64,000 bases of DNA from an uncultured virus (IMG/VR IMGVR_UViG_3300001605_000015) (IMGVR_UViG_3300001605_000015:1-64000); one strand, 5' to 3'. Positions 1-10,843 are shown, counted from the first letter of the stretch. Made by a program: numbers and translations. Notes: generated by a model not told the origin, from the sequence alone.

Positions 1-1
1 T

Positions 2-538
2 CGGATCGACATCGAAGACCTGATCATCAACGGCGACACGACCTCGGCAGACCCCTACCTGTCGATCCGTGATGGCGTTCTTCGCAAGGCTGTTTCGAAC
101 ATCCTGAACAACTCGGCTGGCCCGTTCGATGCTGTGATGGTCAAGTCGGCTATCGACCTGCTGCCCGTGCAGTTCAAGCGGCTGCTGCCGCGTATGCGCA
201 TGTATACCTCCTACAGCCGCGCATATGATTACATGCTGCAAGTTGCTCTGCGTCAGACGATGCTGGGTGACACGGTGATCACGAGCGGCAACGGACACAT
301 GACTCCGTTCGGCGTCCAGATGATCGGCGTTCCCAACATGCCGAATGATCGTGCGCTGATGCTCGACCCGCAGAACGTGATCATGGGCGTCCAGCGCCAG
401 ATGCGCATCGAATACGATAAGGACGTTCGTGAGCGTGTCCTGATCATCGTCGTGACCATGCGCTTCGATCTGGAAGTCGAACAGGAAGACCAGATCGTTC
501 GCATCGACAACCTCGGCCCGTTCGTTCCCTCGGTCTGA
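2..538 (+). CDS. Major capsid protein (HK97 fold), C-terminal part; runs off the window start
   Basis: Frame is open from position 2 (RIDIEDLIINGDT...). C-terminal 'FGVQMIGVPNMP...LDPQNVIMGVQRQMRIE...TMRFD' is typical of HK97-fold capsids. Head-tail genes follow. Confidence 0.85.
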   Translation, partial: RIDIEDLIINGDTTSADPYLSIRDGVLRKAVSNILNNSAGPFDAVMVKSAIDLLPVQFKRLLPRMRMYTSYSRAYDYMLQVALRQTMLGDTVITSGNGHMTPFGVQMIGVPNMPNDRALMLDPQNVIMGVQRQMRIEYDKDVRERVLIIVVTMRFDLEVEQEDQIVRIDNLGPFVPSV

Positions 539-626
539 TTTATAACGCTGTTATACGGGCGGGGGAAACTCCGCCCGTGTTCTACGTCCACCACGCCACA
601 CCTAACCCTGACAACGGAGAATACCA

Positions 627-938
627 ATGACGAAATCTGATGGCGCTACGATTACCCTAATTCGTGGCAGGAACTACTCAGTGATCCATCCGACGAATCG
701 CCGCAAAGGCGCAATCAGCTTTACTCGCGGTGAAGCTATTCACGTCGAAGACGAAGAGTTGATCACACTCTGCGAAACCCTTGTTGAAACCGTTATCGAC
801 GGCGACGAGGAAGAGATTCAGAAGCCCATCTTTTCCGTTGAGCGTGGGGGACGTGCTCGTGGCGCAATCCCTTCCGATGTGAAAGGGGTTAAATCCCGTG
901 CTGCTCCGACCCGTGGTCGGACCACTCGCAAACTCTGA
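627..938 (+). CDS. Hypothetical protein (post-capsid)
   Basis: GGAG RBS upstream; position after the capsid gene. Confidence 0.7.
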   Translation: MTKSDGATITLIRGRNYSVIHPTNRRKGAISFTRGEAIHVEDEELITLCETLVETVIDGDEEEIQKPIFSVERGGRARGAIPSDVKGVKSRAAPTRGRTTRKL

Positions 939-952
939 TAAGGAAGGTCGGC

Positions 953-1633
953 ATGGCAAAGCGTTTTTGCACAGTAGAGGATGTCAAGCTCTTTGCTAAC
1001 GCAGCACCGAGTTATGCCGACCTTTCCAGCCCTGATCCGCAGATCACTCGGATCATAGAACACACTACCGCCAAGATTTGCGCGTTCACTCGCCGTTCTT
1101 GGGAGCACGGTTTTCACGAAGAATACATCAACCTGATTGACGTTGACTGGGATTTGCAACCAGAACATCGGTTTCAGACGTTCCATCTTTCCAGTAAACC
1201 ACTACTGTCCGAACCTGCGGCACCCGTGATCGACTACACGCTGTATGGTGGCAACTACAACATTGCAGGTATGCGGGCATCTTTTCAGCGGTTGGAAGCA
1301 AAAGACTACCGCATTGATTACGAGAACTCGGCTATAACCCTGTTACTAGCCTATTCGCCACAGTTGCCGAAAGCCCTTCGTGTCCGCTACTACGGAGGAT
1401 TTAAGCGTGACGAAACTGACACTGATCTGGTTCTTGTTGATAGCTTCCTGCGGGAAGCGTGTGCCATGCAGGCGGCTTTCACCTATTCGCGGATCAACAA
1501 CGAGACTATCGGATTGAAGAAGCGTTCCGATAAATCAGGCTCCGTCGAGTTTGACGTTCTAGCGTCTGGTTTCATCCGAGATGTTCACACAATGCTGATG
1601 CCTCACGTTAAGCATTTGACGGGAAGACCATGA
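953..1633 (+). CDS. Head-tail connector/adaptor (gp6-like)
   Basis: 'FCTVEDVK...IIEHTTAKICAFTRR', 'VRYYGGF', 'LREAC' pattern; synteny. Confidence 0.7.
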   Translation: MAKRFCTVEDVKLFANAAPSYADLSSPDPQITRIIEHTTAKICAFTRRSWEHGFHEEYINLIDVDWDLQPEHRFQTFHLSSKPLLSEPAAPVIDYTLYGGNYNIAGMRASFQRLEAKDYRIDYENSAITLLLAYSPQLPKALRVRYYGGFKRDETDTDLVLVDSFLREACAMQAAFTYSRINNETIGLKKRSDKSGSVEFDVLASGFIRDVHTMLMPHVKHLTGRP

Positions 1634-2286
1634 GACGCAGGCTCTGTCGCCTTGTTACCCTTAACGTAGGGCGGGAAATCCCCGCCCTTCGGGCTTTGTC
1701 GGGAACCATTCCGCAGAGACGAGAAAGCGTGATTGCTCGGACCCTTCGTGAAGCTTTGAAGCAAGGTATCAACAGAGCTTTCGACAACGCTTACCGTGAC
1801 GGTGCTATGCCTACCAAAACTGGGCGTAGTTATAACCAGATGCGCGGACGTGCTCAGGCATATGGAACTTCTCTAAGTTCTCTTCGTGCGCACATCAACG
1901 CACCTGCAAACCTAGTAGCTCACGAAAGAGGCACTACTATAACGCCGATCAATGGTAACTACCTGACCATCCCAATTCACCAAGGTCTTCGCGGCGACGG
2001 CACTCCAAAACTCCCTAGTGCAAATTCTTGGAGAATGCTCGGAAGCTTCGTTTACAAGTCAAAGAAAACAGGTCAGCTTTACATCGCTAGACAGAACTCT
2101 CAAAAACGGCTTGAGATACTCTATATCTTGGTTGACTCTGTTCAGCTAACCAAACACAAAGGATGGGCAACGGACGTTATGCGCAAAGAGCTTCCGTTCA
2201 TCATCCGTGACATAACCGCTATACTGACGCAGGCGTTCGATCCTAACGACGCAGTTGCGGCTTTCAACAAAGGCGCTAGGAGGTAA
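1630..2286 (+). CDS. Head-closure/tail-completion protein (HK97 gp10-like)
   Basis: 'PTKTGR', 'AHERGTTITP..GNYLTIP'; synteny; ATGA overlap. Confidence 0.6.
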   Translation: MRRRLCRLVTLNVGREIPALRALSGTIPQRRESVIARTLREALKQGINRAFDNAYRDGAMPTKTGRSYNQMRGRAQAYGTSLSSLRAHINAPANLVAHERGTTITPINGNYLTIPIHQGLRGDGTPKLPSANSWRMLGSFVYKSKKTGQLYIARQNSQKRLEILYILVDSVQLTKHKGWATDVMRKELPFIIRDITAILTQAFDPNDAVAAFNKGARR

Positions 2287-2288
2287 TC

Positions 2289-2804
2289 ATGTCGGCAAAG
2301 GATCAGCAAGTAGGGGATAACTTTCCCTCTCAGTATGGGCGCACTATTCGTCAGCGCATTATTGATGACATGAAAGCCACGTTGGCGGCAATGAAAGACA
2401 CGGATAATGTCACAAATCTGTGGAACGCAGTCTTCATGGGAGACATATCCGACAGGGATAACAGAAGCGCACCTTACGCCTCTATAGACGAGGGTGAGGA
2501 AACTGTTATTGAGATGTATGGCGGTTGCACCCGAAAAGAGCTACCTCTAATAGTGCAGTTCAGGTTCAATGCTAGGAAGGGTATTGATGAGTTAGACTTG
2601 TTCAAGTATTATCTCGGACTAATACAAAAGGCTTTCTTACCCCTACACGAAGACCACGACCTGCTCCTAGATATTAGGGAAGACAGTAACTCGCATACGA
2701 TCATAAACACTACGGACTCCTTTCCGGGCGGGGTGATCGTGTTTATGCTACAGTACGAACATGCCAGACATGACCCCTATAGACTAGCGGGCGAACCCGT
2801 CTGA
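2289..2804 (+). CDS. Tail terminator-like protein
   Basis: 'IRQRIIDDM' N-terminal helix; lies directly before the tail tube gene. Confidence 0.55.
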   Translation: MSAKDQQVGDNFPSQYGRTIRQRIIDDMKATLAAMKDTDNVTNLWNAVFMGDISDRDNRSAPYASIDEGEETVIEMYGGCTRKELPLIVQFRFNARKGIDELDLFKYYLGLIQKAFLPLHEDHDLLLDIREDSNSHTIINTTDSFPGGVIVFMLQYEHARHDPYRLAGEPV

Positions 2805-2824
2805 ACCACTGAAAGGAAACCAGC

Positions 2825-4407
2825 ATGAGCACCAAAGGCCCTCGCGTCTATATCGACCGCACACTCATCCTCATGAAGCCCGAGGCTGTGCGCGGTGTGG
2901 ACCCCAACCCCAACCCGACCAATGACGCATTCCTATGCGGAAACGTGGAAGTGAGCGTTGACCCGCAACTGCTGGAACGTGACGTGAATCGTCCGTCTTT
3001 CAGCCCGTGGGCAAACGAAGTTGGTCGCAAGATCATGCGTCTTTCGTTCACTCACGAAATCAAAGGCGCTGGCAATCTGACTTCGCGTCCGAAACTCGGC
3101 GCACTGTTGGCTGCTTGCCACATGCGCGAAGTGCTTGTTACGGCAGGTGCCGCAAGCCAGATCGAAACTCCTGCTGTTGTTGGTCCGATCATCGGGCCTT
3201 CTGTCATTTGGGATAAGACGGCTGCGCCCACGCAGCGTTTCGGTTCCTACCTGATCCGAGTTGTCGAAGGCGGCGCATCGGGGGTGGCAAAGATGCAGGT
3301 CTTCCGCTGGAACCAATCGGATCAGGACAACACCGTTCTGATGAACACGCGGAATCAGGCTGTGACGAATTTCAGTTCGAACACGGTTATTGCGCTTGAT
3401 GACTCCGACGAGACTGCGCTTGAGTTCAGCATTTCCGGCACTCCTGTAGCGGGCGATACCGTCTACGCAGTCGTTGGCGGTCATGTGTTCAAGCACGTTG
3501 TAACCGCAGCGCAGGCTGGCGGCGCAACTCCTGCAAACGCAATCGCTGCCTCTGTTTCGGCCCTGATCGACGCGCATCCGCTTATGGCGGCTTCCGTTAC
3601 CGATAACGTGGTGACTGTTACTTTCGTTGGTGACGCGGCTGCGGTCACTGTCACCAGCGCCACCACGGCTGTTCCGCTTGGTGACTCTGGTGCAGAGCTT
3701 ACCCCTGTGTGGGTCGGAAACCTCGTCAAAGGTCAGATGTGGGTCGTTCAGCTTTACGAACAGGGTTATACCTACCTGCCTTCGTCGGATGATACCGACA
3801 TCNGANANNACTNACCCTTTACACCTATATCGGCGGTCAGCTTTATCGCATGACTGCGGCTATCGGGACCGTGACCTTTACTGGCACGGCAGGGGAATAC
3901 GGTTCGGCTCAGTTTGAGTTTGTCGGCAACTATGTCGAACCTACGCAAGAGCCGCTGCCGCGCACTCCGATCTACGAACTGTCGCGGCCTCCGAAGGTTG
4001 AGCTTGCTCAGATGTCTATCCGTGGCGACCGAGACTTCTGCGCAGAAAGCTTCACGATCACCTACGGCAACGAAATCAATGAGCGCCTCTGCATCAACGC
4101 AGCAGATGGTTATTCCGGCTCGGAGATTTCGGATCGCACTCCGACCATGACGGTCAACCCCGAAGGCTCTCTGGAAGTCTACACGAACATGTGGGGCGAC
4201 TTCTCGAAAGGCGAAGAGGTTCCTGTTCACCTTCGCGTCGGTTCGGTGCTTGGTAACATGGTTCGCTTCTATGCGGACAATGCAACCTATACTGGCATCG
4301 CCATCTCGGATCGGAACAATACGCAGGTCATGGAGCCGACCTTCCAGCTTAACGGCCTGTCTGCATACGGCGACGATGAACTTCGCGTCGTGTTCCCGAT
4401 TGCCTGA
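2825..4407 (+). CDS. Major tail tube protein; one gene split into ORFs 2825-3853 and 3850-4407 by an N-containing region at ~3803-3813
   Basis: 'SFTHEIKGAG..RPKLGALLAAC' N-terminus and 'ITYGNEINER...ISDRTPTMTVNPE...GSVLGN...GDDEL' C-terminus fit one tube protein. The frame break is adjacent to Ns. Confidence 0.8.
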
Positions 4408-4430
4408 TCCGTCCAAATAACGAGGGACAT

Positions 4431-4457
4431 AAGGGGCGGCTTCGGTCGCCCCTTTTT
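4431..4457 (+). terminator. Intrinsic terminator after tail tube gene
   Basis: AAGGGGCGGC-TTCG-GTCGCCCCTT followed by T run. Confidence 0.85.
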
Positions 4458-4477
4458 ACTATAACGGGGTTATAAGC

Positions 4478-4645
4478 ATGAGGGTCAGCGTTTACCTGAT
4501 AGTTAAGCCGACTGGACTTGTAACCGAAGATGGTTTAGAGTCCGTTGTGGTTGTAGACGTAAAATTGACGCGCTTAGCGGCTGAGCAAATAGCAAAGGCT
4601 TATCAAGGTGCGGAGATTGTAAAGCTACAAGCAGATAAAGTATGA
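4478..4645 (+). CDS. Small hypothetical protein (55 aa, MRVSVYLIVKP...ADKV), below the ORF-track cutoff
   Basis: Open ATG-TGA frame fills the gap between terminator and chaperone gene; no clear RBS. Confidence 0.45.
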   Translation: MRVSVYLIVKPTGLVTEDGLESVVVVDVKLTRLAAEQIAKAYQGAEIVKLQADKV

Positions 4646-4674
4646 CCATAGCAGCATCATGAAAGGAAGCAGCA

Positions 4675-5301
4675 ATGGCGGTCAGAGGTCTATCATTCGC
4701 GGAACGCACCGCGTATATTCTCAAGGATGATCCGGCACACGCCGACAACATCCAGAAAGACGTTGACGCACGTCTCGACAAGATCAAGAACCCGACTGAT
4801 GCGGATCGGGATAGCGTCAAGAAAGCCGTTGAAAAGGAAGCTGGCGAACCCACTGTCTTCCTTCTCGGCAACCTGTCTCACGAAGACAAGATTTATCTGT
4901 CCGACATCATTGGCGGTCTTGAGCAAACCCGTGAAGGCACGATGCGCATGACCAACAAGCAAGCGCAGCGCATGTTCGAGTGCGTTCGTCGCGGTCTTGT
5001 CGGCTGGGAAAACTTTCTCGATGATGCTGGCAACGCCATCGCTTTTGAGTCTGTTCCCGGCATGTCGGAGACGGGCAAGCCGCGCAAGTTTGTTTCGCCC
5101 GATTGTTTGAAACGCCTTCGGCTTGATCAGGTTCGGGAACTGTCTGGTGAAATCCTTCGACTGAACGGAGTAACCAGTGATCTTGAAAAAAAGTTAGAAG
5201 GGCTGTTGCGGCAACCCTCAGACCCGCTTTTGCCGGATGGTCCTGTCTCAAATGCGGAGAGCGGGAAAAGTCAATCCGAGGATGCGGAATCCCAAGCGTA
5301 A
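4675..5301 (+). CDS. Tail assembly chaperone (gpG-like)
   Basis: Between tube and tape measure; 'GLVGWENF.D'; slippery site A AAA AAG at 5187-5193. Confidence 0.8.
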   Translation: MAVRGLSFAERTAYILKDDPAHADNIQKDVDARLDKIKNPTDADRDSVKKAVEKEAGEPTVFLLGNLSHEDKIYLSDIIGGLEQTREGTMRMTNKQAQRMFECVRRGLVGWENFLDDAGNAIAFESVPGMSETGKPRKFVSPDCLKRLRLDQVRELSGEILRLNGVTSDLEKKLEGLLRQPSDPLLPDGPVSNAESGKSQSEDAESQA

Positions 5302-5684
5302 ACGGTAAGTATTGGGAACACACTAACGGGGATTGGGACGATACCTGTCCCCGTTGGCCGATCAAAGAAGATTCGGGCGTGTGGTTCCATGAACTAAGTG
5401 TTACCTATACCGCCTACGAAAACGGCATCCTACCGGAGTCCGGTGGCCTAAACTCCCAGCCTGCCTTGTATCCGTCTTTAATGGGTTTTATGTCTCTCGC
5501 CATTTCACGCGAGAACGACAGAAAGCGCGAAGAGATGGAAAAGGGCAGGAAGGGCGCAAAAGGCAAATCTGCTACAGAGGAATACCTTGCCGAAAATCCT
5601 ACAGTAAAAGCACAACCCAGTCCTGACAGCCCAGCCGCAGTTCCGGGGCTTTTCGGGCCAAGAAATGTGATAAGTAGGAGATAA
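5187..5684 (+). CDS. Tail assembly chaperone -1 frameshift extension (gpGT-like)
   Basis: The -1 frame is open from 5187 and continues into ORF 5379-5684 ('GILPESGGLNSQP'). Confidence 0.75.
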   Translation, partial: KKVRRAVAATLRPAFAGWSCLKCGEREKSIRGCGIPSVNGKYWEHTNGDWDDTCPRWPIKEDSGVWFHELSVTYTAYENGILPESGGLNSQPALYPSLMGFMSLAISRENDRKREEMEKGRKGAKGKSATEEYLAENPTVKAQPSPDSPAAVPGLFGPRNVISRR

Positions 5685-5686
5685 TC

Positions 5687-8600
5687 ATGGCAGCAGGTGC
5701 AGGCGGTAACGCAGGTGGTGGCTACCAACGCTTTAGCCAGCTAAACGCGGAGTTGCAGCAGACTATCGCAAGCTTTGCTCAGCTTGTAACTGGTGCCTCC
5801 GCGTTTGGTGCTACTGTTGCCGCGTTTCGTGAGTTCGAAAAACAACTCACACTGACAAACGCGGCTGCAAACGGCACTATCGAACAATTCGAACAAATGG
5901 AGCAGGCCAGCCGAAACTTCGCGCTGGCTACCGCCGCTTCTGCGACTGAGGCTGCTTCGGCTTTGTTCTTCTTGGCTCAGGCTGGTTTCTCTGTAAACGA
6001 GTCCTTGGCCGCTATGACGGGTGTGCTTGTTCTTTCGCAAGCGACCTTGACCGATGTGGCATTCGTTTCTGACGTTGTTGCTTCTAACATTCGTGCTTTC
6101 GGTCTTGAGGCTATTGATACGGCACGACTGACCAACACATTCGCTGCGGCAATGACCAACTCGCTTGCGAGTATGGACAAGATTGCATTTGCTATGCGTC
6201 AGGTTGCTCCTGCGGCAAACGCTCTCGGTGCCACGGTCGAAGAAACGACTGCTTATCTGTCAGAACTTTTCAACATTGGTCTTCGCGGCGAACAGGCTGG
6301 TACGCAGCTTCGTAACATATTTGTCCGTCTTGCGGCTCCTGTTGGTGACGCTGCGGACATTCTTCGTGACTACGGTATCGCCACTACCGATGCCACGGGT
6401 GAGATGCGCGAGTTCCGCGACATTCTGCAAGACCTTGGTGCGGCTAATCTCACAACCCCACAGTTGTCTGCCATCGCAGGCGTCGAAGGTGTCGCGGGTC
6501 TTATCGCCCTTATCAATGCCGAGATGAGCGGTTCTCTTGAGCGTATGCAAGACAGCATCACAGGCACTAACCGCGCCTTTGAGTTGTTTGCGCAGCAGTT
6601 GGATACGTTCGACGGCGCGGCTAACCTTGCAAGAAACGCTCTTAACGAATTGCTTATCACCATTGGCGAATCCGGGGCTGGTGTTCTTGGCCCGCTTGCC
6701 TTGGCATTCCGCGATCTTGTGCAAGACTTCCGCGATCTTGATGACGCCACCAAAGCGCAGATAGCCAGTTACATCGCATATACTGCAATAGGTCTTTCTG
6801 TTCTTGGGGTTCTGCGAGGGCTTCTTGGTCTTATAGGCCCTGTGGTTTCCTTTACGTGGGGTCTAGTTGCAGGCTTCGTAAACCTGTTCAAAGCCACCGG
6901 CCCCATCGTCACAGGTTGGACGGCTCTTGTCGGTCTATTCTCTTCTGTATCTGCCGCTATAACCGGGTTACTACCGCTTCTTTCCGGTATGGTAGCGGGT
7001 GTCGCCGCTATTACTGGTTTTTCTTTTGCTGCTGTAACTGGGGGTCTCGGCATCCTAGCCGCTACTATTGTAGGCGGCGTAGTCTATGCTGTTAATCAGC
7101 TTACAAATAGCTGGGAGGAATCCGCAGAAGCCGCTGAGCAAGCAGCGGCCCGTGCTCAAGCTGCCTTTGAAAGCGTTGCGGGTCAAGACGGTGTGGACTT
7201 TTTTAGGTTTAGCAGCGAGCGCATAGGTTCTCTTGAGCGTTACGGCGAAATTGCACAAAACTTCTCTAGACAACCTTCTGAGGGGTTTACTCTTGCTGTA
7301 AATTTGCAAGGCGGTATTCAACGAGCACAAGAAGAACTAGACCGCCTACAAGATGAGTTTGACCGTCTCGTTGCGGCGTCTGACGAAACCTATATAGGGA
7401 TGCAGGCTGACTACCAAGAGGCGCTGAATACTCGTGCAAGGGTTCTTCAAGAACTTTCGCGCATGAGCCAGAACGTCAACGCCCGTGGTCAGCTTACTGA
7501 TATTTCTTTTGCAGAAGAGTTTTCGCAAGAGCTTGCCGCGCGTCCCGGTCAAGACCCGCGAGAGGTTCGTCGCATTGTTCAACAGAACAGAGATGCGCGT
7601 CTTGCGGCATGGAATACACAGATCGAAGCTCTTCGTGCGGAACAGCAAGCGGCTACCGAATTTGGTGATCAGTTGCTTGCCGATGAAGGTTTCCGTCAGT
7701 TTATTGAAGGTATGGGCATCGTCATTGACGAAAGAAATAGCCGTATAGATCAGCTTAACTCTATTATGGAGCAGTTCGAAACAAAGCAAAGAGAGGGTAT
7801 CACCAACGCCCTAAATGCACTTGTGGAAGGCGATGTTGATGTAAGCGCACTTGTTCAAAATAACGAAGAGTCTATGCGCGTGTTCCGCGACTTCGTTGCT
7901 AGTATAATGGGGGATGATACTACCGAAGAGTTGCTTGCCCTTGTTAGAGAGCAGGGTGGTTCTTTTGGTATTCGTAGTGTCGTTGACTTTATTCGTCAGC
8001 AAGCAGAGGCGGCTGGTCGTCAGGATGTTATCGACGCTCTTATCGACGTTGAAGCTGAGCGTGTTCGTGCCGTTGTTCTCGGTGTGCAAAGCCTTGAGCG
8101 TCGGTTGCGCGACAACCTTCGTGCTTTTGAAACGGCTTATGCAGGCTTCCAAGCGGATGCAACGGAGCAACTAGGAGACATCATTCGCAATATCCAGATC
8201 ACCGAAACGAATAACTTTGTTTCTCGGATCAGCACCGATCTTGAAGCTCAGCAGCGTGAGATAACGGAAATACTTGGCGATCAGCAGGTATTCAGTGCCA
8301 ACATACTCGCCAACCTGAGTTCCGCAAACTTCATGACTCCTGCTGGTTTGCAGATAGGCGGTCTTGACGCGGCTCGTATTGCCGAGTTGCAACTTTCTTC
8401 TGGTGAGACTGTCGGATCGTTGCTTACCTTCGATAACTTCTTGATTGAGGTTCGCAGGGCCGTTGATGAAGGCGCTTCCGAGCAAGAACTTCGCAGCATG
8501 GTTCAGGACCAGATCGACAAGGTTACTCTTGCGATTGAGGTTACGATAGCGCAGCTTGGTCTTGCTGGTGAAGATGCCGATAACCTTCGCACAGTAGGTT

Positions 8601-10843
8601 CCTTGTTTGCTCGTAACCTTGGAGGTAACATCTCCTTCCTGTTCGAGCGCATTGCCGCAGAGACAGAAAGTGCAGAGCAAACAGCCGCTCGTGATGCCTT
8701 TCGCGCACAACGGGCTATCGAAGATGCTTATGCTCGCATCAATGACATTCGTGCAACCATGCGTGAACGCGCCTTGGAGCTTAAAGAGGGTAGTGGAGAG
8801 TTTGATGTAGCAGGTCGCCGTAGCCTTGAGGTAGATCAGCTTGCCGCAACGCTTGACGCAGAGATTCGTCAAACGGCTCGTCAGATACAGGACTTGGAAA
8901 TTGATCCCTCCGCTAATCAAGAACTTCTTGATGCTTTAAGAGTGCAGCTTCGTCAACAGCAAGAACAGCGGATACAGCTTCTTGAACAAGCGCGTAGTGA
9001 GGTTGCTCTTGGAGCCATCGACACAACCTCTCTTGATCAGTCTACTACCGACTTCTCTAGGCAGCTTGCTATACAGCTTGCGCAGTCTACGGCAATTCTG
9101 GAAGACACAGACGAAGCCCGTATTCGTGCTGCTACGCTGCAAGAGCGTGGGCGGTTCATTCAGGTTATGCGCGGTATTGCCGATGATCGTCGCTCTGCCA
9201 TGCAGACGGCTTTCGGTGAATATGCAAATCTGCTTCGCAACACTGTTTCGGCGGGTATTGTTTCGCAGGTAGAGGGTGCGCAGGACTTTGTTGGAGCTAC
9301 CCTTGGCGAGATGCTCAGCTTTAGCCCGATTGTGGCTGGTATCGAACAGATGGTCGATTCCGGGGCTTCGCCAGAGGAAATAGCAGCCTACGCGGAAGCT
9401 CAGGCAGACCTTATAATCGCCGTAGTAAATCTTTACTTGGAACAGATGCTTGCGGCAGGCCAGATTGCTAACGAAGCGGCGGCTGTTATAAGAGAGAACC
9501 TAACCAACGCCGCAGCAAACCTTGCAGATGCCGCAGCAAGCTTTGGTGTTACCCTAGGTGCTGTTGTGGCTAGGGCGGGTAACAGCGGTGGCGGTGGTGG
9601 TGGTGGCGGTGATCCAGCCAAAGAAGCCAAGCGTCTGCGCCGTCAGTACGAAGATGCGTTCCTTGAACTAGAGGGCATTCAATCCGATGCCATGCGGACG
9701 CAGCTTCGCATGATGAATGTTGACCTTAACACACGCATAAACTTCCGTCTTGTGCTGGATGTTAACGACATTGTGCGCGATTACGAAGAGCAGCTAAATG
9801 GTTTGCGTCGTGAACTAGAGGACTTAAACGAAACCTTCAAGGGCCAGCCCCTTGAACTTGATCGTCTGAGCCAAGCCTATAGCACGGTTATAGCGCAGGT
9901 CGAAGCGGCGCGTGATGCCGAGATTGCGTACACTCAAGGCTTCACGGCTATGGTGCAGCGCCGTAACGAAGCTATTGACGAACACGTTACTCGTCTACGC
10001 GATGCTGCGGAGCAGACCAACAGCTTGTCCTTTTCTATGATGGCTGGTTTGCAAGCGGGCCTTGCCTTGTTTCAGCAGGACATGCTTAGTACTGTTGACA
10101 CTGTTGCTAACGCTACCGTAGGTGCTCTTGACGCGCTTGCCGCTTCTGTAGGTCAGTTTGTTACGCAAGGTGGCAGTTTCCTAGACATTCTTCGTCAGAA
10201 CCTACTAAGTGTTCTCGGTCAGTGGGCGCAGCAGGCAATGAAAGGTTTGTTGCAAAACCTTGCGGCCACACTAAGTCAGAGCATGAGCGGTGCGCTTGGC
10301 GGTGTTCTAGGTAGCCTTTTTGGCGGCGGTGGTGCTGGCGTGGCTGGTATGGCTGGTATGCAGGCTGGTATGCAGGCACAGCTTGTAGCACTCCAAACCA
10401 CCTTGACCACTTTTAATACAGGTATGGCGACTACGTTTACGACTAGCGCAGCCACCACGCAAGCGACTGTCACTTCATTTGGTGTACAGTTTGCGGCAGC
10501 GTTGCAAGCGGCTGTGGCTGCGGTCACTGCTGCTGCCGCCTCTGCGGGTGGTGTGGCTGCTTTTGCTGGTTTGTTTGATGATGGCGGCACCATCGGTTCT
10601 AGCCAGTGGGGTATCGTTGGAGAGTACGGCCCAGAACTTGTTCGTGGCCCCGCTACCGTTATCGGTCGTGAGGACACCGCTCGTATGATGGGGTCACAAC
10701 AGCCAGCGGCTCCTACCATTGTGCAGCCTGAGCTTAACGTAACCAACATTATTGTTGGTAGCGAACAAGAAGCCCGCGCCTACCTTAATTCGACGGCAGG
10801 TGAGCGTCAGATACTTAACATCATTGATCGGAGAACTCGTTGA
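5687..10843 (+). CDS. Tape measure protein (TP901-type core)
   Basis: 1718 aa, Ala-rich helical; 'LAQAGF', 'GLRGEQAGTQLRN'; C-terminal 'FDDGG..GIVGEYGPEL'. Confidence 0.95.
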   Translation: MAAGAGGNAGGGYQRFSQLNAELQQTIASFAQLVTGASAFGATVAAFREFEKQLTLTNAAANGTIEQFEQMEQASRNFALATAASATEAASALFFLAQAGFSVNESLAAMTGVLVLSQATLTDVAFVSDVVASNIRAFGLEAIDTARLTNTFAAAMTNSLASMDKIAFAMRQVAPAANALGATVEETTAYLSELFNIGLRGEQAGTQLRNIFVRLAAPVGDAADILRDYGIATTDATGEMREFRDILQDLGAANLTTPQLSAIAGVEGVAGLIALINAEMSGSLERMQDSITGTNRAFELFAQQLDTFDGAANLARNALNELLITIGESGAGVLGPLALAFRDLVQDFRDLDDATKAQIASYIAYTAIGLSVLGVLRGLLGLIGPVVSFTWGLVAGFVNLFKATGPIVTGWTALVGLFSSVSAAITGLLPLLSGMVAGVAAITGFSFAAVTGGLGILAATIVGGVVYAVNQLTNSWEESAEAAEQAAARAQAAFESVAGQDGVDFFRFSSERIGSLERYGEIAQNFSRQPSEGFTLAVNLQGGIQRAQEELDRLQDEFDRLVAASDETYIGMQADYQEALNTRARVLQELSRMSQNVNARGQLTDISFAEEFSQELAARPGQDPREVRRIVQQNRDARLAAWNTQIEALRAEQQAATEFGDQLLADEGFRQFIEGMGIVIDERNSRIDQLNSIMEQFETKQREGITNALNALVEGDVDVSALVQNNEESMRVFRDFVASIMGDDTTEELLALVREQGGSFGIRSVVDFIRQQAEAAGRQDVIDALIDVEAERVRAVVLGVQSLERRLRDNLRAFETAYAGFQADATEQLGDIIRNIQITETNNFVSRISTDLEAQQREITEILGDQQVFSANILANLSSANFMTPAGLQIGGLDAARIAELQLSSGETVGSLLTFDNFLIEVRRAVDEGASEQELRSMVQDQIDKVTLAIEVTIAQLGLAGEDADNLRTVGSLFARNLGGNISFLFERIAAETESAEQTAARDAFRAQRAIEDAYARINDIRATMRERALELKEGSGEFDVAGRRSLEVDQLAATLDAEIRQTARQIQDLEIDPSANQELLDALRVQLRQQQEQRIQLLEQARSEVALGAIDTTSLDQSTTDFSRQLAIQLAQSTAILEDTDEARIRAATLQERGRFIQVMRGIADDRRSAMQTAFGEYANLLRNTVSAGIVSQVEGAQDFVGATLGEMLSFSPIVAGIEQMVDSGASPEEIAAYAEAQADLIIAVVNLYLEQMLAAGQIANEAAAVIRENLTNAAANLADAAASFGVTLGAVVARAGNSGGGGGGGGDPAKEAKRLRRQYEDAFLELEGIQSDAMRTQLRMMNVDLNTRINFRLVLDVNDIVRDYEEQLNGLRRELEDLNETFKGQPLELDRLSQAYSTVIAQVEAARDAEIAYTQGFTAMVQRRNEAIDEHVTRLRDAAEQTNSLSFSMMAGLQAGLALFQQDMLSTVDTVANATVGALDALAASVGQFVTQGGSFLDILRQNLLSVLGQWAQQAMKGLLQNLAATLSQSMSGALGGVLGSLFGGGGAGVAGMAGMQAGMQAQLVALQTTLTTFNTGMATTFTTSAATTQATVTSFGVQFAAALQAAVAAVTAAAASAGGVAAFAGLFDDGGTIGSSQWGIVGEYGPELVRGPATVIGREDTARMMGSQQPAAPTIVQPELNVTNIIVGSEQEARAYLNSTAGERQILNIIDRRTR

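Noticed and set aside
3803..3853. Programmed frameshift or split tail tube gene
   Set aside because: The break is adjacent to ambiguous bases, so a sequence error is more parsimonious. The same applies at ~11787-11878, ~57095 and ~57990.
4544..4553. Second TTGTGGTTG seed-like sequence
   Set aside because: It falls in Val codons of a 55 aa ORF and has no promoter-terminator framing.
9586..9610. GGT/GGC tandem repeat
   Set aside because: Ordinary poly-Gly linker in the tape measure protein.
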